Virus record (IMG/VR): IMGVR_UViG_3300004481_000271
Coordinates: 44,942-108,941 of that record
DNA length: 64,000 bases
Origin: a virus
Strand: one strand, 5' to 3'
Shown one piece after another: positions 18,605 through 28,088 of this stretch. A program made the translations under genes and the position numbers. The notes beneath the pieces were generated by a model, which searched no databases, had not been told where the DNA came from, and was given only the letters and a program-made list of their open reading frames with translations. Within the stretch, counting starts at the first letter, position 1. Every line of letters starts with the position of its first letter.

Positions 18605-19495
18605 TCAGATCAGGGACTCGAAGACCGAAGCGACCGCGTCCGCGATCGCGAGCCCATAGGTGGACCGCGCGGCCAGAGGTTGCTCGATCTGGACGCCCCC
18701 TCCCGTCGCGGTCAACCAATTCACGACGTTCTTCGGGTCAGTCCCGGCGTAGGGCCCGGAGGTGACGACCTCGACGTCGAACTCGGCGCCGACGACGTCG
18801 GCGATCGCGTTCGCGACCGCTTGCTTCAGAGCGAGCGTCGCGGCCCCTCCGACCGAGATCGGGTCCTCCCCGTAGCCGTGGAACGAGACCGCATGGGAGA
18901 ACCCCCGCCCCGCGATTGCGGCGAGGAGCGGAAACGAAGCGACGTGAAGCTCCGTCGAGGTGATGTGCCATGCGGCCGCCGCCCCGCCCCCGGTTCGCCA
19001 GCCCTTGCACCGCCAGGCGGAGCACGGCTTCCCGGCGGAGGCGAGGGTTGCGAGAACTCGCTCCGCTTGCTCGTCGGTGTGGTTCTCGACCATCCCACCG
19101 TGCGGGGCGACCGCGACGAGTCCGGAATGGGCGGCGTCCGTCTCGTCGAGCCGCTCGACGAACTCGCCTTGAGCCTCGGCCTGGGCATCGGTGAGATCGG
19201 AGCGCGAGCAGACGGAGTCGCACGTCCCCGACGAGAACGTCGAACCGGCGGAGTCGAGTCGCTTCCGTCCGTCGAGACACATTCGGATCCGACGGTCCGG
19301 TGATTCCTGGCGAAGCTCCGCGACCGTGTAGAGTGCTTTCAGCCCCGTCGTCGGGTGAACGATCCGGACTTGCTGCCCGAGCCCCCGGCCGATCGCGGCG
19401 AGCTTCTCGGGGTCCGCAGAGCAATGCTCGGGGTATCCCATGAGGGCGGCCTGGTTAGCGTAGGCGGTCAAGACGTCGCAAAGGTAGGTGCCCAT
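18605..19495 (-). CDS. Poly-gamma-glutamate hydrolase family protein (PghP/DUF867-like)
   Basis: APHGGMVE, HITST, AVSFHG, NVVN, GGVQIEQ motifs; ATG 19495 after purine-rich leader. Confidence 0.88.
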   Translation of the reverse strand: MGTYLCDVLTAYANQAALMGYPEHCSADPEKLAAIGRGLGQQVRIVHPTTGLKALYTVAELRQESPDRRIRMCLDGRKRLDSAGSTFSSGTCDSVCSRSDLTDAQAEAQGEFVERLDETDAAHSGLVAVAPHGGMVENHTDEQAERVLATLASAGKPCSAWRCKGWRTGGGAAAAWHITSTELHVASFPLLAAIAGRGFSHAVSFHGYGEDPISVGGAATLALKQAVANAIADVVGAEFDVEVVTSGPYAGTDPKNVVNWLTATGGGVQIEQPLAARSTYGLAIADAVASVFESLI

Positions 19496-19533
19496 CGGTT
19501 TCCTCACTTCCCTTTCCCTTCCCCTTCCCCGTT

Positions 19534-20976
19534 CTACTGCCCGGGTTGTCCGGCCAGCTTCCTTCCGGTGTAGCGGAGCTCTGCAAGGTGAACGTGGACA
19601 ACGAGCGTGCAAGTGTCGCCCGCGTGATCCCCGTCCCGGCGAAGCCAGAGCGCCATGAAGTCCTTCGTCGCGTCGAAGTCGCCAGCCGGGATCGCGAAGT
19701 CGACGGCGAAGAGGACGTCGTTCGACCTGGCGGACTCGTCTTCCGTGAATGCGACGCTGTGCTGGTAGCTCGCCGGGAGTGCGTCTCCGGCCGATAGAAG
19801 GCTCCAGTCGAGTTGCCAGCGGACCCCGGTGTTGCCCGGAGTCCCGGCAAATGAGCAGACCGCGCGAAGCGTGAGATCCCCGCCCGTCCGGTTCTGCGGC
19901 GGTCGACAGGTCCAACGAAGGCGACTTTCCCCGGCGGCGGCGAACGTGACGCTCGGGACGTCGTTGTTCGACGACGCGGCGGCGCCTCCTCCTCGGATGC
20001 CCGTGTCGACCGGGAATCCGACGCGGCACGTCCCGACAGAGACGACGTCCGCGCCGGCGAGCTCCAGATCCCCGCGGTGCGTGACGCGAAGTCGCTCGAC
20101 CGTCGATGTCCCGCCGTCCCGGAGCAGAACTCGGAAGTCGGCCTCCGGAGCGGCGGTCGCGGGGTCGGACCATACGAAGTGACACGATCCGACGTCGCGG
20201 AGGACGTCGTCGTCGTCGTTCAGCCGGACGAAGACCCCGGTCCCGAACCCCGCTAGGACTGGCTCACTTGACCTTCGGGTGATCCCGATCAGCGACGTCG
20301 CGGAGGAGTCGTCCGTCGTGAGCTCCCGGACGTCGAGCTTCCGCGCCGGCAAGCCCCCGACGTCGACATCTCCGCCGACGATGACCGCCCCCGAACGGTC
20401 CTCCGACGGGAGTCCGCCGGACGCGGACAAGCCGACGTCGTCGACGTGGAGTCCCGTCGTGCGGGCGATCCTCCCGACGTAGCTCGGAGACCCGCCGGCC
20501 GTCGTCCGGAAGACCGCATAGGACACGGCTCCGGGAAGCGCACCCCATGAAACCCGGTTGAAGTCGACTTCCCCGAGCGTCGCGGCCCCGGTCGAGATCA
20601 ACGTCTCCTCGGACGCGACCGTCTCCCCAGTCGGGGAAAACGCCGTCACGCAGTAGCCCCAGGACGTCGAGCCGGGGGTCCCCTGCGGTGCGACGGTCGG
20701 CGCGGCGGGAGACCCAAGCGGGTTGACGATCATCCCGGCTTCGACCGGGTCGAGCGGGATTCCGTCGTGGGCGGCGACGACTCCGTCGAGGAGCGTTTCG
20801 TCGCCGGCGTCGAGGGGCCCGTCGAACCAGACCCCGACGTTGTCTCCGGCGACGTTCGTGTGGAGGTAGCCCGCGGAGTCGATCCCGGAGCTCGCGACCT
20901 CCTCCTCGAAGGCGTCTGCGGCGAGTCCGTTCGGGAAGTCGCCGGCGAGACTGTAGCTGTACTCGGTCGCGGCCAT
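19534..20976 (-). CDS. Putative virion fibre/decoration protein
   Basis: 480 aa beta-rich; YCVTA..GET...YAVFRT Fn3-like part and ERLRVTHRG fibre-like motif. Confidence 0.55.
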   Translation of the reverse strand: MAATEYSYSLAGDFPNGLAADAFEEEVASSGIDSAGYLHTNVAGDNVGVWFDGPLDAGDETLLDGVVAAHDGIPLDPVEAGMIVNPLGSPAAPTVAPQGTPGSTSWGYCVTAFSPTGETVASEETLISTGAATLGEVDFNRVSWGALPGAVSYAVFRTTAGGSPSYVGRIARTTGLHVDDVGLSASGGLPSEDRSGAVIVGGDVDVGGLPARKLDVRELTTDDSSATSLIGITRRSSEPVLAGFGTGVFVRLNDDDDVLRDVGSCHFVWSDPATAAPEADFRVLLRDGGTSTVERLRVTHRGDLELAGADVVSVGTCRVGFPVDTGIRGGGAAASSNNDVPSVTFAAAGESRLRWTCRPPQNRTGGDLTLRAVCSFAGTPGNTGVRWQLDWSLLSAGDALPASYQHSVAFTEDESARSNDVLFAVDFAIPAGDFDATKDFMALWLRRDGDHAGDTCTLVVHVHLAELRYTGRKLAGQPGQ

Positions 20977-21659
20977 CAGGCGATTCTCCAGAGCGTGACC
21001 CGGATCGACTTGAACGAGACGCTCCCGTTGCCGGACGCCTTCCGGATGTCGAAGTCCACGGTATGAGCCGCCACGGTTGGGAAGGCGACGGACCGCACGC
21101 CAACTAACGGACGCGACCCCCCGACGTATCCAACAGGTCCGATCGTGTTCGCGATCGTCTCCGCGTCGTCGACCTGGGCTCGGCAGTCGGTGACGTTGCC
21201 CGCGTTCGTCGTGTCGAGATCCGCCTGGACCGCAAAGAAGTAGCTCCCCGCCGGAAGGACGGCCGTCGTGTAACGCCATGCCTGTTGGTAGCTCGAAGAC
21301 GACGTCGAGAACGGTGTCGACGTCGAATCGGTCTCGAGGTTCGGCGGGAACCCTGGAACGTAGTCAACGAGATTCCACCCCCCAGCCCCGTCGGACTGAA
21401 GGAGCTTCCCGGTCGGGGCAACCCCGCTTCCGAGGTCCTGGGCGTTGACTTGGTCGGACCCTCCCTTGCTATGCGTCGGAGCGTGAAGGGCGACGGCGCG
21501 CGGGTTGAAGACTCCGACCGAGTCCCGGAGCTTGAATCCTCCGTCGGCGTAGATCAGCTCGCCGGCATGGTCGGGGGTCGACCCCGGAGAGAGCTCGTCG
21601 AACTGGAGTCGTGAGGTCTCCGATTCGGCTCGAGCCCTCTCCGGAGTCGTCGGCATCAT
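20976..21659 (-). CDS. Putative virion fibre-like protein
   Basis: HAPTHSKGGSD and GKLLQSDGAG fibre-type motifs; coupled to neighbours. Confidence 0.55.
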   Translation of the reverse strand: MMPTTPERARAESETSRLQFDELSPGSTPDHAGELIYADGGFKLRDSVGVFNPRAVALHAPTHSKGGSDQVNAQDLGSGVAPTGKLLQSDGAGGWNLVDYVPGFPPNLETDSTSTPFSTSSSSYQQAWRYTTAVLPAGSYFFAVQADLDTTNAGNVTDCRAQVDDAETIANTIGPVGYVGGSRPLVGVRSVAFPTVAAHTVDFDIRKASGNGSVSFKSIRVTLWRIA

Positions 21660-22225
21660 CGAGCCTTGGGGACCGGCTTCGGCTTCGGCTTCGGCTTCCG
21701 CTTCCCCTTGACGGGCGCGGAGGGAGCTTCCTTGGCCTGCCCGGCGTCCTCGGCCTGGCGACGGTTCTTGATCGTGACGCCCGGATGAACCCCGACCGGA
21801 CGAGCTCGCCCTCGACCGTTCGCCCCGTCGTCCTGGGCGGCGACCTCGGCGGCAGCACGGGCCTTCGCGGTCTCGCGGTCGAAGACCCGCTTCGTCACGG
21901 TGACGGCGACCTCGAGGGCCTCGACCTTCCCCCTCGCGGCGTGCGCCTCGCCGAGCTTCGCGGCGGCCGCTTCCTTCGCCCCGTTGACCGCCCGGAGGAG
22001 CCAGGTCTTCGCGAGCTTCGCTTCCTCGAGGTCGAGCTTCCCCTCGTCGACCTCCTTCGAGACGAGCCCGAGAAGCCCCTCGAGGCTCTTCGCGGCGGTC
22101 GCCCATGCGTCCGCCTCCCCGGCCTTCCTCGCCTGGGAGACCCTCCCTTGCTCGAGGACGTCCTCGAGGGCGTTCCCGATCTCGCCTGCCGTCTCCCGCC
22201 TTAGCTCGGCCTTTTCGATCCCCAT
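21656..22225 (-). CDS. Coiled-coil hypothetical protein with basic KP tail
   Basis: Good SD and codon pattern. Confidence 0.7.
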   Translation of the reverse strand: MGIEKAELRRETAGEIGNALEDVLEQGRVSQARKAGEADAWATAAKSLEGLLGLVSKEVDEGKLDLEEAKLAKTWLLRAVNGAKEAAAAKLGEAHAARGKVEALEVAVTVTKRVFDRETAKARAAAEVAAQDDGANGRGRARPVGVHPGVTIKNRRQAEDAGQAKEAPSAPVKGKRKPKPKPKPVPKAR

Positions 22226-22301
22226 CGTTTCGTCCTTCCCCTAGTTACGGTCGAGGGAAGCCGAGCTCGAGCTCGAGCTCGTCTCCTCCCCTACCGGTCG
22301 A

Positions 22302-24083
22302 TCACAGGTTGTAGGGCACGACGCAGAGGACGTCGTTGACCTTCACAACGAACTCGAAGCGGAGCTGCCCATTCGCGAGGGACGTCCCCGGATAGTAGTC
22401 GTTGTTTGCGGTCGAGTTGGCCCCGGGGCGGAGGAGCTCCCCGTTCAGGAAGACGTCATAGGCGGTCAGGAAGGAGCCCGTGCTCATGTCGGGGAGCTGG
22501 GCGTCGAGGTTCGTCCCGCCTCCGACCCCGCCAACATCCGTGTCCGCGGTCGTCGTGCTCGTGACGTTGGCGTAGGTCTTCGTCCCGCGGGCGTTGCCCG
22601 GGTTCTTCGCCTCGATGAGCATCGCGGCGAGGGAGACCTCCCCGTATTCGGTCTCGAGGTCCGACCATTCCTGGGCGGTCTCGGTGAGCTTGAGCGGGAC
22701 ACCGAAGGTCGACCCTCCGCGGTTTCCGTCGTCGAAGAGGAGCTCCGCGGCGGCCTGGACCTCGAGGTCGCCGGCCGTCGACTCGATGAGCCCGTCGGTC
22801 ACCCCGATCGCGATCGGGCGGGTCTTCGAGCTCGCGATCGTTGCCCCCTGGGCGAAGTCGACGAGGGCGGCGTCGATGTCGAGCTCGTCGACGTCGGCGA
22901 AGACCCGAAGCTCGGTCGTCCCGCCGGTCGTCCCCTCGGTGATCCGGAAGAGGCTCGCGTTCAGGAGGTCGCGGATCTCCCAGTAGACCCCGGCGGAGCT
23001 GAGATCGAGGATCGCGTTCGCCGCAAGCTCGACGGGGGTCGTCCCCTGGTTGTCGTAGGCGTTCTGTCGCGTGACGTCGACGGCGCCGGCCTGGTCGACG
23101 AAGGCACCGGTGAGGAAGGCGGTCTCGGGGATTCCGTCGAAGGCGACCCGCCGGATGTAGGAGTAATCGATCGCCTGGCCCGCGATGTCCGCGACGGGGC
23201 ACGCCTCGAGGTCGTCACCGGTCGCGGTCCTCCGAACGAAGGAGATCTGGACCTGTTGGGTCGAGTCGTTGAAGGTGTGCCCGTCGGTGGCGACCTCGGA
23301 CTGGAGAAGCCCCCAGACCCGCCGGTTGTTCGAGGTGACCGGATCGCCCGACGCTTGATCGACGACGAGGACGAGGTTCCGCGGGGTGATCGCGTTCTGC
23401 CCGGTGACCTCGGCGAGGTCGTGGGCGTTGAAGGTCCCGGCCTGGGCGACGACGGCGCCCTCCGTCGTGACCGCACCGACGGCGGCGGTCTCGGTCGGAG
23501 CCTCTCCCCCGGAAACGGAGAGGACAACCCAGTTTGCCCCGGGGACCGACCAATCCCCGGCGAACGCCTCGGCGACACCGCTCGCGTTCGTGTAGGAGAT
23601 CACCGTCGACGAGGTGTAACCGACGATCGGGAAGGTCCCGTTGTTCGCGGGAGTCGTCGCTCCGGTGATCGTGATGGACTTCCCGACCATGTCCGGCGTG
23701 AAGAGCGCGGCGGCGTCGGTGAGAGTCATCGTCGGCGCGGTTCCGCCGATCGTGTCCCCGGTCCCGGAGGCAGCATCGGGGACGGTGACCCCGCCGGCGA
23801 CGATTACCTGGGAACGGAAGAGGAGCCGCTTCTCTTCGATGTCGTCGAGGTCGGAGTTGACGGCGGCGATCCCTCGCTTCTTCGAGTTGTAAGTCGGGAT
23901 GTCGTCGTACCAGTTGCCGGCGACGTCCGCCCAGAGGGCCCGCTTGATCTGCGATCGGAGGGCGTCGAGGTCGTCTTGGATGTTCGCCGCCCCCGACTCG
24001 AGGGTCGCCCCCGCGGTCAGCGAGTCGGTGTAAGCGTCCGAGTTGCGGATCTGGGTGTCCTGGCGAAGGAACGTCCGGGCCAT
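22302..24083 (-). CDS. Large acidic structural protein (hypothetical)
   Basis: 593 aa T/A/G/D-rich; C-terminal VFLNGELL Ig-like module. Confidence 0.7.
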   Translation of the reverse strand: MARTFLRQDTQIRNSDAYTDSLTAGATLESGAANIQDDLDALRSQIKRALWADVAGNWYDDIPTYNSKKRGIAAVNSDLDDIEEKRLLFRSQVIVAGGVTVPDAASGTGDTIGGTAPTMTLTDAAALFTPDMVGKSITITGATTPANNGTFPIVGYTSSTVISYTNASGVAEAFAGDWSVPGANWVVLSVSGGEAPTETAAVGAVTTEGAVVAQAGTFNAHDLAEVTGQNAITPRNLVLVVDQASGDPVTSNNRRVWGLLQSEVATDGHTFNDSTQQVQISFVRRTATGDDLEACPVADIAGQAIDYSYIRRVAFDGIPETAFLTGAFVDQAGAVDVTRQNAYDNQGTTPVELAANAILDLSSAGVYWEIRDLLNASLFRITEGTTGGTTELRVFADVDELDIDAALVDFAQGATIASSKTRPIAIGVTDGLIESTAGDLEVQAAAELLFDDGNRGGSTFGVPLKLTETAQEWSDLETEYGEVSLAAMLIEAKNPGNARGTKTYANVTSTTTADTDVGGVGGGTNLDAQLPDMSTGSFLTAYDVFLNGELLRPGANSTANNDYYPGTSLANGQLRFEFVVKVNDVLCVVPYNL

Positions 24084-24224
24084 GGTCGTTTTCTCCTCTT
24101 CCTTCCCCGGTTGTCGTCGACGTCGCCTTCGAGTCTACAACGGAGGACGGGAAGGTCGCCAGCGTCGCGCGCACGACGAGCGCACGATCAGGGGAGAAAC
24201 GATCTCGGGGGGAACTCGAGGACG

Positions 24225-24845
24225 TCAGCGGGCGCGTCGGACGGCGGAGGCGATCTCGGACTTCTTCATCTTCCCGTCGACCTCGAGACCGAGATCGTCG
24301 GCGAGCTCGAGGAGCTCCTTTTTCGTCATCGCGGCGAGGTCCGGACCCTCGCCCTCCGCGTCCTCCGCGTCCTCCGCGTCCTCCGCCTCCGCTACGGCCT
24401 TCGCCGCAGCCTCGACCCTCGCTTCGAGGGCGATCGGGGTTGGTGCCAGGTCGGCAGCGACCTTCCGGGCGGTCTCGCCCCGGTCGATCTCCTTCGCCTT
24501 CAACCCCGAGAAGGCGGACGGGATGACCTCCCCCTCCTTCTTCGGTGGGGCCGACTTCGTCGGAGACGGCGAGGCGAACATCTCGGCGAGGGCGGCAGCC
24601 TCGGGCCCGCCCATCTTCGCGGCGAGCTCCTTCCGAGCGATCTCACGCCAGGTTGCCTCGGTCTCGACGATCTCGAAGTAGGGCGCCCCGGTTCCCTGGA
24701 CGAGGTCGCGGAGGGCGGCCGTCGCCGAGCTCGGGAGCTCGTACCACTTCCCAGCCTCGAAGATCTGGCCCCCAATGCAGACCCGTTGCGCGAGGGCGCC
24801 CCGCTTCTGACTGTAGGGGGCAAGTCGAACGTAATGCGTGGACAT
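24225..24845 (-). CDS. Protein with C-terminal HeH/Rho-N-like domain
   Basis: DLAAMTKKELLELADDLGLEVDGKMKKSEIA; ATG after GGAG. Confidence 0.72.
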   Translation of the reverse strand: MSTHYVRLAPYSQKRGALAQRVCIGGQIFEAGKWYELPSSATAALRDLVQGTGAPYFEIVETEATWREIARKELAAKMGGPEAAALAEMFASPSPTKSAPPKKEGEVIPSAFSGLKAKEIDRGETARKVAADLAPTPIALEARVEAAAKAVAEAEDAEDAEDAEGEGPDLAAMTKKELLELADDLGLEVDGKMKKSEIASAVRRAR

Positions 24846-24910
24846 AGCTCCTCCGTTCTGCCGGGAACGTATCACGCCCCCAGAGCCTTCCCCTAGAGGT
24901 TACTGCCCGG

Positions 24911-25300
24911 TCAGCCCTTGACCGTCCGGACGGAAGCCGGAGCCGGCGAGAGGAGGACCCTCGCACCGGTGACCGCGTCGGCGCCGGCGAAGGTGAGGGT
25001 CGCGACCCCGGCGGCGAAGGTCGCCTGGACCTCCCCCGCAGCCGGCGCCGAGTAGACGATCGCCTTGACTCCCGTCGAGCCGGCCGTCGTCGCCTCGACC
25101 GCCACGGGGACGCCGGCCCTCGAGAGGGTCACGACGTTCGCGGCGACCGTGAGCTCGGCCGTCCAGTCGGCGAGGGCGCCGGCGAGGTCCCCGAGGTCGT
25201 CCGCGACGTCGCGGAGGGCCTCGGCGATGCTCGGGTCGTCGCCCGAGTGCCCGGGGACGATCCGAAGACCCTCCCCGTACTTCTCTTTGATCGTCGCCAT
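24911..25300 (-). CDS. Putative head decoration protein
   Basis: Small A/V/T-rich ORF downstream of capsid gene. Confidence 0.55.
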   Translation of the reverse strand: MATIKEKYGEGLRIVPGHSGDDPSIAEALRDVADDLGDLAGALADWTAELTVAANVVTLSRAGVPVAVEATTAGSTGVKAIVYSAPAAGEVQATFAAGVATLTFAGADAVTGARVLLSPAPASVRTVKG

Positions 25301-25309
25301 GGAAACCCC

Positions 25310-25642
25310 CTACTCGCCGATCCAGCCGACGACGAGTCCGGTGTGACCGGAGAGGTCCGTCGCGCCGGCAACCTCGGCCCCGGGCGCCCCGTTCGCGGTC
25401 GCGAACGCCTTCAGGCGCGGGACGCCGGAGACGTCGGCGATCTTGAACCACCGGAGGACGGCGCCGTCGTAGTCCGGGACGAAGTCCGAGTGAACGACCG
25501 TGACCCCGTCGGGGAGCGTCGCGGAGACGTCGTACCCCGTCGCGGTGTAGGAGGCGTCGAGGTCGACGTCGACCTTCCCCGCGAGGATCGGAGCCTTCGG
25601 AACCTGCCCGGCGTCGGCCGAGCTGTTGATCGTGATCGCCAT
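25310..25642 (-). CDS. Putative head decoration/cement protein
   Basis: D.SY.A.GY...EVAGATDLS pattern, directly after capsid gene. Confidence 0.6.
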   Translation of the reverse strand: MAITINSSADAGQVPKAPILAGKVDVDLDASYTATGYDVSATLPDGVTVVHSDFVPDYDGAVLRWFKIADVSGVPRLKAFATANGAPGAEVAGATDLSGHTGLVVGWIGE

Positions 25643-25716
25643 CGCTGCATCCTCCTCGTGTGGGCTGGCTCGAGAGCCCGCCCGCTACGGTTCGGCGGTC
25701 GAAAGCCCAAAGGCTA

Positions 25717-26649
25717 TCAGACCGCGCGGACCCCCGTCGCCTTCACGACCGCCGGCTCATGCGCCCACTTGAAGTCGACGCGAGCGGTCACGACGATCAT
25801 GTAGACGCCGGCCGAAATGTCGCGGTCGGTGTCGATCCGGATGTTCCGCCAGATCCCGAAGAGCATGTTCCCCGGGTCCGCCGCGAGGACGACCGTCTCG
25901 TTCGCGCCGACTCCGAGGTCGGTCGGGAAGACGGGAACGCCCATCACGGGGATCCCCTGGAACGGCCGGCTCTCGAGGGCCTGGACCTGCTCGTCGCCGA
26001 GCGGGGTCGCGCGGTCGCCGAGGCTCTCCTGATAGTCGATGTTCGCCTCGTCCGCGGAGAGGAAGCGGAGGCTTCGCTTGTCGCGGCGGAACTCAGAGGG
26101 CATCGTCTTCAGGATGTCCTTCAGGACGCTCCTCTGGAGGGTCGCCCCGCCCCCGAGGACGACGTTCGTCGTCGCCTGGACGATGAAGCCGTTCAGGGTC
26201 TTCAGGAGGTCGTCCGTCGAGGTCGTGTCGCCGTTGAAGGCGAGGTCCTCGAGGTCGAGAGCGATCCGGTCCGCGAGGGTCTGGCGGATCGTCTGCTCGA
26301 AGTTGCCCCGCTCGATCGAGTCCTCGAGGGCCTCGAAGGAGACGTGGGTCTCCGCCTTCACGAGCTGGGCGTCGAGCTCGATCTTCGAGGTGTCCGGCGC
26401 CGACCGCATGGCGAGCGGAAGCGCGGCGGCCTCCGTCCCCTTCCGGAGCGCGCGGGACCCATATCGGATCTTTTCCCGGAGCTCCTTCGGGCTGTTCATG
26501 TCGACCCTCGTCATCATGGGCATGACGACGGACTGGTCGATCGCGAGCTGGATGAACCGGTCGGCCTGTGCGGGCTCGAGGAGACCGCCAGGCGCCAGGT
26601 TCGCCAGCAAGAAGTCCGCCTTCCGAATGACGTCGCGGTTGTCCTGCAT
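25717..26649 (-). CDS. Major capsid protein (HK97 fold, XkdG-like)
   Basis: GGLLEPAQADRFI, LEDSIE, DLEDLAFNGDT, NMLFGIWRNI, TARVDF motifs. Confidence 0.92.
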   Translation of the reverse strand: MQDNRDVIRKADFLLANLAPGGLLEPAQADRFIQLAIDQSVVMPMMTRVDMNSPKELREKIRYGSRALRKGTEAAALPLAMRSAPDTSKIELDAQLVKAETHVSFEALEDSIERGNFEQTIRQTLADRIALDLEDLAFNGDTTSTDDLLKTLNGFIVQATTNVVLGGGATLQRSVLKDILKTMPSEFRRDKRSLRFLSADEANIDYQESLGDRATPLGDEQVQALESRPFQGIPVMGVPVFPTDLGVGANETVVLAADPGNMLFGIWRNIRIDTDRDISAGVYMIVVTARVDFKWAHEPAVVKATGVRAV

Positions 26650-26676
26650 GACTCGTTTCCCTTTCCTGGCGTTCTC

Positions 26677-28062
26677 TCAGAGGACCCAAGGCCCGCCGCG
26701 ATGCGTGCGGTCGGCCCGCGTTCCGTTGCTTCTTCCGGTCGACTCGGTCCGACTCGCGGGAACTTGGGGCGTTCCCGCGATCTCCTCGACCTTCGAGGTG
26801 ACCGCGTCGAGCTTCTTCATGATCCCGGCGAGGAGGTCGTCTCCCTCGCGGACGGGCTTGTCGTCGGGGCCGGAGCCGACGCTTCCCGGACCGCCGTCGG
26901 CGTTCGCCGGCGGGAGCGGTTCGGTCGCGGCGGCCCGCTTCTGGGCGTCCTCGGTCGAAGCGGCCGGAGCCTCCGCCTCTTCGATGATCGAGATCGCCCG
27001 ACGGACGGCGTCGAGGACACGGGCGAGCTTGTCGGCTCCGCCCTTCTCGACGGTCGACTCGAGGGACTTCGAGAGCCCGACGATCTCGTCGCGGATTCGG
27101 ACGAGCTCGGCGGGGTCGGGAGCGTTCGCGATCCGGGTCATCGCCTCGGCGAGGACCTTCAGCTTGTCGCTGGTCTCGGATCCGACCGCGGAGAGCTTCT
27201 CGTCCATCTCCTCGGCAGTGACCTCGACCGCCTCGCCCTCGGCCTTCTCCTCGACGGTCGGCTCCGCGGCCGGCGGGTCGGAGGCGGGAGCCTCGACGGT
27301 GGGAGCGGGAGCGGGGGTCTCGCCTCCGGCCGGAGCTCCGCCCTCGGCCTCCGGCTCCTCGGGGACGTCCGCCTTCGTCTCGGCGGTGGCCTCGAGGGCG
27401 GACGGCGCCGCTCCGGCGGTCGGCTGGGGATACTTCTCGGCGAGGGCGTTCAGCTTGGCGGCGAGCGCCCGGACTTGCGACAACGTCGCGGCGTCGAGCT
27501 CGTCGGACTCGGCGGCGGAGGCGGCGAGGGACATCGCGGTCTCGCCGACCTCCATCAAGCCCTGCGAGACCGGGCCGTCGGCCTTGTCGACCTTCTCGGC
27601 GGTCTTGCTCATGGGCGAAGGATACCGCGAAAGAGCTCCGCGCAACAGATCCGAGATCGCGGTGATCTCCTCCGCGAGCTCGACGGGGACCGGCTCGGCC
27701 GACGACTCGGACGTCTCGCCGGCTTCCTTCACCATGTTGGAGACGGAGACGAGCCGCTCGAGAGCCTCGGTCACGATCCGGAGGAGTCCCTCCTTCACCG
27801 GACCGGGGAGGTCGACCTTCACCACGGCGGAGACGTCCGCCGCGAGGGTTGTCTCGGCGACATCGTTCGTCGCCGTCCTGGTCGGGTCCATGTTCCCTCC
27901 GCGTTGCTTGACGATGAGAAAGCGCCGACGGTTCGCGGCGCGGTCGACGAAGGAGACCTCCTCGACGAGGATGTCCCGAAGCCGAAACTTCGCTTCGTCG
28001 GGAGCTCGCCCCAGGAAGACGAGAGCGGCCTCGAGAGCTCGGTTGAACTTCGCGACGTCCAC
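26677..28062 (-). CDS. Scaffold protein with N-terminal protease-strand motif; likely second internal start at 27891
   Basis: EEVSFVDRAAN motif then acidic A/E/P-rich coiled coil; GGAGGGAAC-ATG at 27891. Confidence 0.75.
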   Translation of the reverse strand: MDVAKFNRALEAALVFLGRAPDEAKFRLRDILVEEVSFVDRAANRRRFLIVKQRGGNMDPTRTATNDVAETTLAADVSAVVKVDLPGPVKEGLLRIVTEALERLVSVSNMVKEAGETSESSAEPVPVELAEEITAISDLLRGALSRYPSPMSKTAEKVDKADGPVSQGLMEVGETAMSLAASAAESDELDAATLSQVRALAAKLNALAEKYPQPTAGAAPSALEATAETKADVPEEPEAEGGAPAGGETPAPAPTVEAPASDPPAAEPTVEEKAEGEAVEVTAEEMDEKLSAVGSETSDKLKVLAEAMTRIANAPDPAELVRIRDEIVGLSKSLESTVEKGGADKLARVLDAVRRAISIIEEAEAPAASTEDAQKRAAATEPLPPANADGGPGSVGSGPDDKPVREGDDLLAGIMKKLDAVTSKVEEIAGTPQVPASRTESTGRSNGTRADRTHRGGPWVL

Positions 28063-28088
28063 GGGAAGGACTATAAACCGATCGCCGG

